From Octopus vulgaris (taxonomy: Eukaryota), in NCBI GenBank assembly GCA_951406725.2, contig OX597817.1:80104001-80168000 (forward strand): 64,000 nucleotides of DNA. Reading direction: 5' to 3'. A program made the translations under genes and the position numbers. A model generated the notes under the pieces. It was not told the origin of the DNA. It searched no databases and was given only the letters and a program-made list of their open reading frames with translations. This document shows positions 27,074 to 37,822 of this stretch, piece by piece (position 1 is the first letter of the stretch; every line of letters begins with the position of its first letter).

Positions 27074-27373
27074 GGTTAGCAAGCTACTTTATTTTATTTA
27101 ATTTGCCACAAGGGCAGTACACAGATAGTAGCTACGGGCTGGACATAGACATTAATGAATGATGGTGATGAAGTGAAGATGATGATGGGAGAAGACGAAA
27201 GCGCCCGCCGACCCCCGCTTCTCTAAGACAATGTTCAATGAATACATTTAGTAAAATGTTCAAAAATGTTCAGAATGTTCAAATTACATTTTTTCAGAGG
27301 AGGTAATAAACCTCCTCTTCAACATGTTTAAAAATGTTCAAAATGTTCAAAAAGTGTTTAACAATTCTCCCCG

Positions 27374-28612
27374 TCAGGTCCCCGAAGCAAATTGTCTTGC
27401 CGCCTGCAGACAACTCTGCGACGACAAGTCGAGGCCTGCAAAGAGAAAAGTAAAATCTTTCCTCTGAAAGGTCTCTGCGACCCTTGTCAAAATATCTTCC
27501 GTTACTACCTCCGCAGCTACCCGCGGAGGCCATAACGGACTCCTTGAGCCGACCGTGTCCTTGCGTTCTCGGTCACCCAAGCCATTTAGAAACTTTTCCA
27601 CCTTCCCTCCCTTGTGGTAAAGGAGGAGAAATAACTCCTCTTCACAGGAAGGGACCTCACACTGATCCGTCAGTAGCACACTTCCCACTGACGGAGCCCT
27701 GTCCGTGGGTGGCACACATCCCACCCGCGGCTCCGTCGGCGACACAGAAACGTCAGACGTCCGACCTCTCCTTTTTCTCCTCCTTCTTTTGGGTGAGACT
27801 GCTAACCCAGGGGACTCCGTCACCAGACACGGGGGAATGCTATCCCCCTCCGCCCCCTGAGCGTTCTTTGGTGGGCAACCGTTGTTGCTCACCAGCCTCT
27901 TTCTTTTCGTGGAGGCAACCTCCTCCACGACTTCCACCGTCTCCCCCTCCAATGAGGGAACGGCGGGCACCTCTTACTTTTCATGTTCCGGGGCGGCACC
28001 ACGGCCCCAGGGACACTTCTTAATATGTCCAGGCTCCGAGCACCGGTGACACTTGGGGGCGTGTCCCTCAAGCATCACCGGATACTTTGACCCGGCCATC
28101 TTCAAGAAGTCTGGCAAAACCAGACTCTTGGCCGACTGGGTCCACAGAGTCAAAGTAGCCTTTCCCCCTTCCCAGTTAGCCGCAGGCTGCATTTTCACAT
28201 TCAGGATCTTGGCGCTACCACCGCTCAGAACCCGGCGGATGGAATCTTCCACCCACTCGGGCTCAAAGCCGGGCGGCAGGCCACAGACCCATAAACGTAA
28301 CAATTTTTCCCCCTTGTAACTGGGGAGAAACAGAATCTCATCGCCCTCAATGGGCTGGGTTGCAAATTTGCAAGCTGCTTCAGCGGAGTCAAATAGCAAC
28401 CATACCGTTGCGTATTTGACTCCCCGTTGAATATGTTTAACGGCTGGCATATAGTCTGCCAGCTCGTTCACAATGGTGTCTCTCGGAAAAACCATTATGG
28501 TGTCGAGTGACTTTGAGTATGTCCTCAACACCACGGTCTTTTCCTCGATTTCGGGCAAATATTTTTTGGGAGGTGTTAATTCCCACACAGTGAAATTCTT
28601 TGCCTTTGCCAT
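27374..28612 (-). pseudogene. Family A ORF1 with an in-frame premature stop (TAA at 27974-27976)
   Basis: ORFs 27974-28612 and 27374-27970 are in the same frame; HEK*EV here versus HEKEKV in copy 3. Confidence 0.8.
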
Positions 28613-28961
28613 AACGTAAAATACAACAGTTCAAAATGGTAAACTAAAATTAGACACAGAAAGGAGAATGAAAATGCAACAGAAGGGAAGAAATCAGAAT
28701 GGCAGTTCAAAAACGTTTTTACAAATAAATAATAGAAGAGAAAGAGAGTTCAAATCAGGCAAAGGAATTCAGTTTTCTTTTTTCTTTTTTTTTTTTTTTT
28801 TCACACTTCTTCGGCCAAAATGGTAATCCAGGCCAAATGCACTTGGTAAACCTTGGTAAATAATCCTTGGTGAAACCCTTGGTAAATAATCCTTGGTAAT
28901 CCGTGGACAACACAACGACAATTTCAACAATAATTTTTTCAGATGGACTATGCCGCTTCAA

Positions 28962-29538
28962 AAATACAATTTCTTTTCACTCGACACAGGCAGAAAAATT
29001 ATATCTGGAGCAAAGTGGAGCCTTATTATTTGCTAAAAAACATTCATGCAAGTAATAAAACTTCACTAAACTCGCTAAAACATAAAACGCCTACCCGTAG
29101 TCGATTCGAACGTTCAACAATTCACGTTGAAATAACGCGACATCAATACAATTTTCTTTCCACTCGACACAGGCAGAAAAATTATATCCGGAGCAAAGTG
29201 GAGCCTTATTATCTGCTAAAAATATTAAATGCTAAAAAAACATTCATGCAAGTAATAAAACTTCACTCCGCTCGCAAAAATACAAAATTCCTACCTTTAG
29301 TCGATTCGAACGTTCAATATTTCACGTTGAAACAACGCGACATCAATACAATTTTCTTTCCACTCGACACAGGCAGAAGAATTATATCTGGAGCAGAGTG
29401 GAGCCTTATTATCTGCTAAAAAATATTTAATGCTAAAAAACATTAATGCAAGTAATAAAACTTCACTTCGCTCACAAAAATATAAAATTCCTACCTTTAG
29501 TCGAGTCGAAAGTTCAACAATTCACGTTGAAACAACGT
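28962..29538. repeat. Three ~185-200-bp tandem monomers in the 5' UTR of copy A2
   Basis: cgacacaggcagaaaaattatatc.ggagcaaagtggagcc recurs at ~28982, ~29165 and ~29365. Confidence 0.85.
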
Positions 29539-29878
29539 TCATCTGGAGCAGCAAAAAAACACGTCCGAACAGTTCAGAGGTTAGCGAGCTACTTTATTTT
29601 ATTTAATTTGCCACAAGGGCAGTACACAGATAGTAGCTACGGGCTGGACATAGACATTAATGAATGATGGTGATGAAGTGAAGATGATGATGGGAGAAGA
29701 CGAAAGCGCCCGCCGACCCCCGCTTCTCTAAGACAATGTTCAATGAATACATTTAGTAAAATGTTCAAAAATGTTCAGAATGTTCAAATTACATTTTTTC
29801 AGAGGAGGTAATAAACCTCCTCTTCAACATGTTTAAAAATGTTCAAAATGTTCAAAAAGTGTTTAACAATTCTCCCCG

Positions 29879-31120
29879 TCAGGTCCCCGAAGCAAATTGT
29901 CTTGCCGCCTGCAGACAACTCTGCGACGACAAGTCGAGGCCTGCAAAGAGAAAAGTAAAATCTTTCCTCTGAAAGGTCTCTGCGACCCTTGTCAAAATAT
30001 CTTCCGTTACTACCTCCGCAGCTACCCGCGGAGGCCATAACGGACTCCTTGAGCCGACCGTGTCCTTGCGTTCTCGGTTACCCAAGCCATTTAAAAACTT
30101 TTCCACCTTCCCTCCCTTGTGGTAAAGGAGGAGAAATAACTCCTCTTCACAGGAAGGGACCTCACACTGATCCGTCAGTAGCACACTTCCCACTGACGGA
30201 GCCCTGTCCGCGGGTGGCACACATCCCACCCGCGGTTCCGTCGGAGACACAGAAACGTCAGACGTCCGACCTCTCCTTTTTCTCCTCCTTTTTTTGGTGG
30301 AGACTGCTAACCCAGGGGACTCCGTCACCAGACACGGGGGAATGCTATCCCCCTCCGCCCCCTGAGCGTTCTTTGGTGGGCAACCGTTGTTGCTCGCCAG
30401 CCTCTTTCTTTTCGTGGAGGCAACCTCCTCCACGACTTCCACCGTCTCCCCCTCCAATGAGGGGACGGCGGGCACCTTTTCCTTTTCATGTTCCGGTGCG
30501 GCACCACGGCCCCCGGGACACTTCTTCTTAATATGTCCAGGCTCCGAGCACCGGTGACACTTGGGGGCGTGTCCCTCAAGCATCACCGGATACTTGGATC
30601 CGGCCATCTTCAAGAAGTCTGGCAAAACCAGACTCTTGGCCGACTGGGTCCACAGAGTCAAAGTAGCCTTACCTCCTTCCCAGTTAGCCGCAGGCTGCAT
30701 TTTCACATTCAGGATCTTGGCGCTACCACCGCTCAGACCCCGGCGGATGGAATCTTCCACCCACTCGGGCTCAAAGCCGGGCGGCAGGCCACAGACCCAT
30801 AAACGTAACAATTTTTCCCCCTTGTAACTGGGGAGAAACAGAATCTCATCGCCCTCAATGGGCTGGGTTGCAAATTTGCAAGCTGCTTCAGCGGAGTCAA
30901 ATAGCAACCATACCGTTGCGTATTTGACTCCCCGTTGAATATGTTTAACGGCTGGCATATAGTCTGCCAGCTCGTTCACAATGGTGTCTCTCGGAAAAAC
31001 CATTATGGTGTCGAGTGACTTTGAATATGTCCTCAACACCACGGTCTTTTCCTCGAGTTCGTGCAAATATTTTTTGGGAGGTGTTAATTCCCACACAGTG
31101 AAATTCTTTGCCTTTGCCAT
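29879..31120 (-). CDS. Tx1/L1-type ORF1 (Gag-like) protein, 413 aa, CCHC zinc knuckle
   Basis: Intact ORF with EGHAPKCHRCSEPGHIKKKCP and a KKRRRKRR basic tract. Confidence 0.8.
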   Translation of the reverse strand: MAKAKNFTVWELTPPKKYLHELEEKTVVLRTYSKSLDTIMVFPRDTIVNELADYMPAVKHIQRGVKYATVWLLFDSAEAACKFATQPIEGDEILFLPSYKGEKLLRLWVCGLPPGFEPEWVEDSIRRGLSGGSAKILNVKMQPAANWEGGKATLTLWTQSAKSLVLPDFLKMAGSKYPVMLEGHAPKCHRCSEPGHIKKKCPGGRGAAPEHEKEKVPAVPSLEGETVEVVEEVASTKRKRLASNNGCPPKNAQGAEGDSIPPCLVTESPGLAVSTKKRRRKRRGRTSDVSVSPTEPRVGCVPPADRAPSVGSVLLTDQCEVPSCEEELFLLLYHKGGKVEKFLNGLGNRERKDTVGSRSPLWPPRVAAEVVTEDILTRVAETFQRKDFTFLFAGLDLSSQSCLQAARQFASGT

Positions 31121-31440
31121 AACGTAAAATACAACAGTTCAAAATGGTAAACTAAAATTAGCCACAGAAAGGAGAATGAAAAAATGCAAAAGAAAGGGAA
31201 GAAATAAAATTAAAAATGGCAGTTCAAAAAAGTTTTTACAAATAAATAATAGACAGAGAAAGAGAGTTCAATTCAGACAAAGGAATTCAGTTTTTTTTTT
31301 TTCCACTTCTTCGGCCAAAAATTGTAATCCAGGCCAAATGCACTGTTGGTAAAACCCTTGGTAAATAATCCTTGGTAATCCGTGGACAACACAACGACAA
31401 TTTCAACAATAATTTTTTCAGACGGACTATGCCGCTTCAA

Positions 31441-31835
31441 AAATACAATTTCTTTTCACTCGACACAGGCAGAAAAATTATATCCGGAGCAAAGTGGAGC
31501 CTTATTATTTGCTAAAAAATATTAAATGCTAAAAAACATTCATGCAAGTAATAAAACTTCACTAAACTCGCTAAAACATAAAACGCCTACCCGTAGTCGA
31601 TTCGAACGTTCAACAATTCACGTTGAAACAACGCGACATCAATACAATTTTCTTTTCACTCGACACAGGCAGAAAAATTATATCTGGAGCAAAGTGGAGC
31701 TCTATCACTTGCTAAAAAATATTAAATGCTAAAAAACATTCATGCAAGTAATAAAACTTCACTTCGCTCGCAAAAATACAAAGTTCCTACCTTTAGTAGA
31801 GACGAAAGTTCAACAATTCACGTTGAAACAACGCG
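31441..31835. repeat. Two ~200-bp tandem monomers in the 5' UTR of copy A3
   Basis: cgacacaggcagaaaaatta at 31461 and 31661. Confidence 0.85.
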
Positions 31836-31869
31836 ACATTTGCCGGAGCAAAAAACAACACGTCTGTCT

Positions 31870-31906
31870 GGTAAGAAGTTACTTACCACACAGCCACTCC
31901 TGCGCC
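31870..31906 (-). mobile_element. SINE family 1 5' head remnant (A-box side), completing the SINE split by array A
   Basis: ggtaagaagttacttaccacacagccactcctgcgcc matches the SINE1 head seen at 48292-48329. Confidence 0.85.
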
Positions 31907-32745
31907 TATTAGTTTCATATCTTTAAATCTTACTCTTTGAATATATTGGAGTTCTTCCCCAGAACATAAAGAAATGAAGAGTGCATTACGTGAAAGACCA
32001 TAAAGAATTCCTTTCTGAAATGTAAGGTAAACAATTCAAACCCACCTTGCCATTTTATGGTTAAATCAATTATCTTTTGTTTTCATATTCAACCACAAAA
32101 GAATTAAGACTTATCATAAAGTAACAAAGATTCCGTAGCAGACTCAGTGAGTGAAATAAAATTGCTATCAATTTTTTAAGCTTTCTTTTTCAGGAAGTGA
32201 TTTAATTTATATCTATCTATCTATCAATTTTTTTATCTAGCTACCTGTGACACTTTCTGCAGCACATGACCAAATTCTATCCTAAAAACGAGCGCACTAG
32301 TTTAAAAATTAAAAAATACAAAATTTAATACGCATATGTTCGGACATACAAGGTAACACCTCAACACTTTACAATGCAAATATATCTGGCCGATATATTA
32401 AAAATTACGAAATCAACCGATCTCTTACAAAATACAACATCCCTACATTACTGGCTCAAGGTTGTGTATCTTTTTTCTCTCAGAAGCGTAAAACATTTCC
32501 CACAATTTTGAATAAAAGATTGGAATTGGCGAAATCTCACAGAAAATTTATTGATATTTGAAGATATTCCAGATACCAACTGGCTAAAATATTTCCTCTC
32601 TTACATATTGGATTTCACATATCATAAAAATTGCTACATATTGAACGAAAAGCATTCAGTGTTTATCAAATAGAAACTTTATCAAAAAATCGCCAGTATT
32701 TTTTTTTTGTGTGTTCTACAAAAAAGTCGTATTTTTATATTATCG

Positions 32746-34463
32746 ATTTCTTTATTACCCACTAGGGGCGACACAGAGGTGGACAGCAAAAGACATGGGG
32801 ACATAGAACATTTATAATTAAAATTTATGAAAAATGAATTGTTAGGTGAAAGAAAATGATATTATGAAAGCGATACCGACGGCCCCATCCGTCAGCATCA
32901 CTTACCTGTCCTTTGTTTTTCATCGTCCCTTGAATGTTCTTTGCCAATACGAATAAATTCCATATCCATTCTTACTCCGAAATACTCATTCATATTTTCC
33001 ACGAATTCATCGCTCATTCTTATATCTTTCACCTCCCAATTCTCTCTTTCACACCTCCCCATAAACTCACCTATGTTCTTCTTTTCAATCACAGCATACC
33101 TAGTCTCTCCAACATCATACCATTTATACTCTTCCATTAGACTTTTAACTTCCCTCTGTTCAGTCATAGTACAAATGTACGGCCTGGGTTCGATTTCAAT
33201 CTCTTGTGTGTGTGTATTCTTTTTTTTTTTTGTTTTCTTGTTGGGGGGAGCGGGTGGGTTCAATGTCTGCATGGATAGGGTGGGACTCAGAGGGTGTGGG
33301 TGGTTTTGGGGTAGATTGGAGTTCCATATTATTTTCTTTTCCACGTATTCTTCTCTTCCTCTTACTTCCAGCTTCCTTCCATTTCTGTGTATTCTCTTCC
33401 TCTGTTTCCTTCTCCTCTGGTTTCTGCTTCTCTCTCTCTGGTTCGGAATCCGTTTCTTTCCCTGGGGGAGGGCAGAAGGCTCTTATGTGACCCCTCAGGC
33501 CACACTTGTAACAACGTGGAGCCCTGCCCTCCACCCACACTCTCATGATCACGTCTCCCAGTCTGATGCTTTCCGTCAGGTCCACCAGTACCTCGGTCTC
33601 TGCCTGTACGTTCAGCTCCACTGTTACGCCTCTCCAGCCCTCGGACTTAACCGAGGCATGGAGAATATCCACCTCGTCCTCGTGGCCGCTGATCACAGCC
33701 GCCACAATCCATTCTGCCTCCACGTTTGGTGGCACTCCCTCCACCCTTATTCGTGTAATCCTCCTGTTTAAATACGTAGGTAATAGGGTTACCTTTTCTG
33801 ACTTCACCGCCTTCGCCGCCATCTTCCTCGCTGCAGACTCAGTTTTGAAATGCACAACTACGGTACCGTACTTGGATCCTCGAGTCAGAAAATTTATTTC
33901 CTCCTCAGTTCTTCGCAGGGCTTCCTCTATCCATTCCATGGTTACAACTTCTACCCTCTTCCTTTCGTTTGCGAACACCCTGTAAATAATGGTCCTCTTG
34001 TCATACCATTCTTTTCTCCTGGGTGTCGGTGATAGTTCCACCTCACCGCTTTCCTTTTTCATGTATTTCTGGTAACTTGCCAACTTGGCCATGTCGACCC
34101 TTTTCTCTTCCGCCTTCTTGGTTACACCGGCATAGGTATAACCCAGCTTCTTTTCCAAATTCCTTGCTGCCATTTCTAGCTCCTTCTCAGACGTAGGCAG
34201 GTCTGATAAAGACTCGAAAACTCCAGCCTTTTCTTCCATCAGCTTCATTGCAATTGCCTGTTCCAGTTCCTCATCTGTCGTGGACAAGTCTGTTAGAGAC
34301 TCATAGTCCATTTCCTTTCTGTCTGACAGACCGAAAACGGCCGCCAAAACAGAAAAAGTGTAACGCGCTGAACGAGCGAAACGCGAAACCGCGTCAACGC
34401 CGTTCAGAATTTCCACAACAACAACAACGCTTTTTGTTCTTTTTTACCGAATTTCAGGAGCCG
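32746..34463 (-). mobile_element. ORF1-only retroelement, family B copy 1
   Basis: First unit of a five-copy head-to-tail array; 3' end ...gtgggtaataaagaaat on the minus strand. Confidence 0.8.
32898..34311 (-). pseudogene. Family B ORF1, one frameshift in a homopolymer near 33220-33250
   Basis: ORFs 33196-34416 and 32898-33344 together reconstruct the 472-aa protein of copies 4 and 5. Confidence 0.75.
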
Positions 34464-36184
34464 TATTTCTTTATTACCCACTAAGGGGCTACGAAGAGTG
34501 GCTGACATCACAAAACATGGGGACATAGAACATTATAATTAAACTTTATGAACATGAATTGTTAAACGAAAAAAAATGATAAAATGAAAGCGATACCAAC
34601 GGCCCCGTCCGTCAGCATCACTTACCTGTCCTTTGTTTTTCATAGTCACTTGAATTTTCTTTGCCAATACGAATAAATTCCATATCCATTCTTACTCCGA
34701 AATACTCATTCATATTTTCCACGAATTCATCGCTCATTCTTATATCTTTCACCTCCCAATTCTCCCTTTCACACCTCCCCATAAACCCACCTATGTTCTT
34801 TTTTTCAATCACAGCATACCTAGTCTCTCCAACATCATACCGTTTATACTCTTCCATTAGACTTTTAACTTCCCTCTGTTCAGTCATAGTACAAATGTAC
34901 GGCCTGGGTTCGATTTCAATCTCTTGTGTGTGTGTATTCTTTTTTTTTTTTGTTTTCTTGTTGGGGGGAGCGGGTGGGTTCAATGTCTGCATGGATAGGG
35001 TGGGACTCAGAGGGTGTGGGAGGTTTTGGGGTAGATTGGAGTTCCATATTATTTTGTTTTTTTCCACATATTCTTCTCTTCCTCTTACTTCCAGCTTCCT
35101 TCCATTTCTGTGTATTCTCTTCCTCTGTTTCCTTCTCCTCTGGTTTCTGCTTCTCTCTCTCTGGTTCGGGATCCATTTCTATCCCTGGGGAGGGCAGAAG
35201 GCTCTTATGTGACCCCTCAGGCCACACTTGTAACAACGTGGAGCCCTGCCCTCCACCCACACTCTCATGATCATTTCTCCCAGTCTGATGCTTTCCGTCA
35301 GGTCCACCAGTACCTCGGTCTCTGCCTGTACGTTCAGCTCCACTGTTACGCCTCTCCAGCCCTCGGACTTAACCGAGGCATGGAGAATATCCACTTCGTC
35401 CTCGTTGCCGCTGATCACAGCCGCCACAATCCATTCTGCCTCCACGTTTGGTGGCACTCCCTCCACCCTTATTCGTGTAATCCTCCTGTTTAAATACGTA
35501 GGTAACAGTGTTACCTTTTCCGACTTCACCGCCTTCGCTGCCATCTTCCTCGCTGCAGATTCACTTTTAAAGTGCACAACTACGGTCCCGTACTTGGATC
35601 CTCGAGTCAGAAAATTTATTTCCTCCTCAGTTCTTCGCAGGGCTTCCTGTATCCATTCCATGGTTACAACTTCTACCCTCTTCCTTTCGTTTGCGAACAC
35701 CCTGTAAACAATGGTCCTCTTATCATACCATTCTTTTCTCCTGGGTGTCGGTGATAGTTCCACCTCACCGCTTTCCTTTTTCATGTATTTCTGGTAACTT
35801 GGCAACTTGGCCATGTCGACCCCTTTCTCTTCCGCCTTCTTGGTAACACCGGCATAGGTATAACCCAGCTTCTCTTCCAATTCCCTTGCTGCCGTTTCTA
35901 GCTCCTTCTCAGACGTAGGCAAGTCTGATAAAGACTCGAAAACTCCAGCCTTTTCTTCCATCAGCTTCATTGCAATTGCCTGTTCCAGTTCCTCATCTGT
36001 CGTGGACAAGTCTGTTAAAGACTCATAGTCCATTTCCTTCTGTCTGACAGACCGAAAACGGCCGCCAAAACAGAAAAAGTGTAACGCGCTGAACGAGCGA
36101 AACGCGAAACCGCGTCAACGCCGTTCAGAATTTCCACAACAACAACAACGCTTTTTGTTCTTTTTTACCGAATTTCAGGAGCCG
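34464..36184 (-). mobile_element. ORF1-only retroelement, family B copy 2
   Basis: Junctions caggagccg|tatttctttattaccc at both ends. Confidence 0.8.
34618..36033 (-). pseudogene. Family B ORF1, two homopolymer frameshifts
   Basis: Split over ORFs 35179-36033, 34916-35260 and 34618-35067. Confidence 0.75.
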
Positions 36185-37820
36185 TATTTCTTTATTACCC
36201 ACTAAGGGGCTACGAAGAGTGGCTGACATCACAAAACATGGGGACATAGAACATTATAATTAAACTTTATGAACATGAATTGTTAAACGAAAAAAATGAT
36301 AAAATGAAAGCGATACCAACGGCCCCGTCCGTCAGCATCACTTACCTGTCCTTTGTTTTTCATAGTCACTTGAATGTTCTTTGCCAATACGAATAAATTC
36401 CATATCCATTCTTACTCCGAAATACTCATTCATATTTTCCACGAATTCATCGCTCATTCTTATATCTTTCACCTCCCAATTCTCCCTTTCACACCTCCCC
36501 ATAAACCCACCTATGTTCTTTTTTTCAATCACAGCATACCTAGTCTCTCCAACATCATACCGTTTATACTCTTCCATTAGACTTTTAACTTCCCTCTGTT
36601 CAGTCATAGTACAAATGTACGGCCTGGGTTCGATTTCAATCTCTTGTGTGTGTGTATTCTTTTTTTTCTTTTGTTTTCTTGTTGGGGGGGAGCGGGTGGG
36701 TTCAATGTCTGCATGGATAGGGTGGGACTCAGAGGGTGTGGGAGGTTTTGGGGTAGATTGGAGTTCCATATTATTTTCTTTTTTTCCACATATTCTTCTC
36801 TTCCTCTTACTTCCAGCTTCCTTCCATTTCTGTGTATTCTCTTCCTCTGTTTCCTTCTCCTCTGGTTTCTGCTTCTCTCTCTCTGGTTCGGGATCCATTT
36901 CTTTCCCTGGGGAGGGCAGAAGGCTCTTATGTGACCCCTCAGGCCACACTTGTAACAACGTGGAGCCCTGCCCTCCACCCACACTCTCATGATCACTTCT
37001 CCCAGTCTGATGCTTTCCGTCAGGTCCACCAGTACCTCGGTCTCTGCCTGTACGTTCAGCTCCACTGTTACGCCTCTCCAGCCCTCGGACTTAACCGAGG
37101 CATGGAGAATATCCACTTCGTCCTCGTGGCCGCTGATCACAGCCGCCACAATCCATTCTGCCTCCACGTTTGGTGGCACTCCCTCCACCCTTATTCGTGT
37201 AATCCTCCTGTTTAAATACGTAGGTAACAGTGTTACCTTTTCCGACTTCACCGCCTTCGCTGCCATCTTCCTCGCTACAGATTCACTTTTAAAGTGCACA
37301 ACTACGGTCCCGTACTTGGATCCTCGAGTCAGAAAATTTATTTCCTCCTCAGTTCTTCGCAGGGCTTCCTCTATCCATTCCATGGATACAACTTCTACCC
37401 TCTTCCTTTCGTTTGCGCACACCCTGTAAACAATGGTCCTCTTATCATACCATTCTTTTCTCCTGGGTGTCGGTGATAGTTCCACCTCACCGCTTTCCTT
37501 TTTCATGTATTTCTGGTAACTTGGCAACTTGGCCATGTCGACCCCTTTCTCTTCCGCCTTCTTGGTAACACCGGCATAGGTATAACCCAGCTTCTCTTCC
37601 AATTCCCTTGCTGCCGTTTCTAGCTCCTTCTCAGACGTAGGCAAGTCTGATAAAGACTCGAAAACTCCAGCCTTTTCTTCCATCAGCTTCATTGCAATTG
37701 CCTGTTCCAGTTCCTCATCTGTCGTGGACAAGTCTGTTAGAGACTCATAGTCCATTTCCTTCTGTCTGACAGACCGAGAACGGCCGCCAAAACAGAAAAA
37801 GTGTAACGCGCTGAACGAGC
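36185..37820 (-). mobile_element. ORF1-only retroelement, family B copy 3 (more 5'-truncated)
   Basis: 5' end stops at ...ctgaacgagc (37820), inside the 5' UTR hairpin. Confidence 0.8.
36338..37755 (-). pseudogene. Family B ORF1, one frameshift just after the zinc knuckle
   Basis: The G-run near 36908 is one base short; split over ORFs 36604-37755 and 36338-36982. Confidence 0.75.
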
Positions 37821-37822
37821 TG

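Larger units (their letters stand above)
27090..29578 (-). mobile_element. ORF1-only retroelement, family A copy 2
   Basis: Near-identical to copy 3; three 5' monomers; bounded by target repeats at 27074-27089 and 29579-29594. Confidence 0.8.
29595..31869 (-). mobile_element. ORF1-only retroelement, family A copy 3
   Basis: Intact ORF and two 5' monomers; abuts the SINE1 5' remnant at 31870. Confidence 0.8.

Noticed and set aside
28943-29419. 158-aa ORF with internal repeats
   Set aside because: Antisense translation of the 5' monomers; not conserved as an ORF in A1 or A3.
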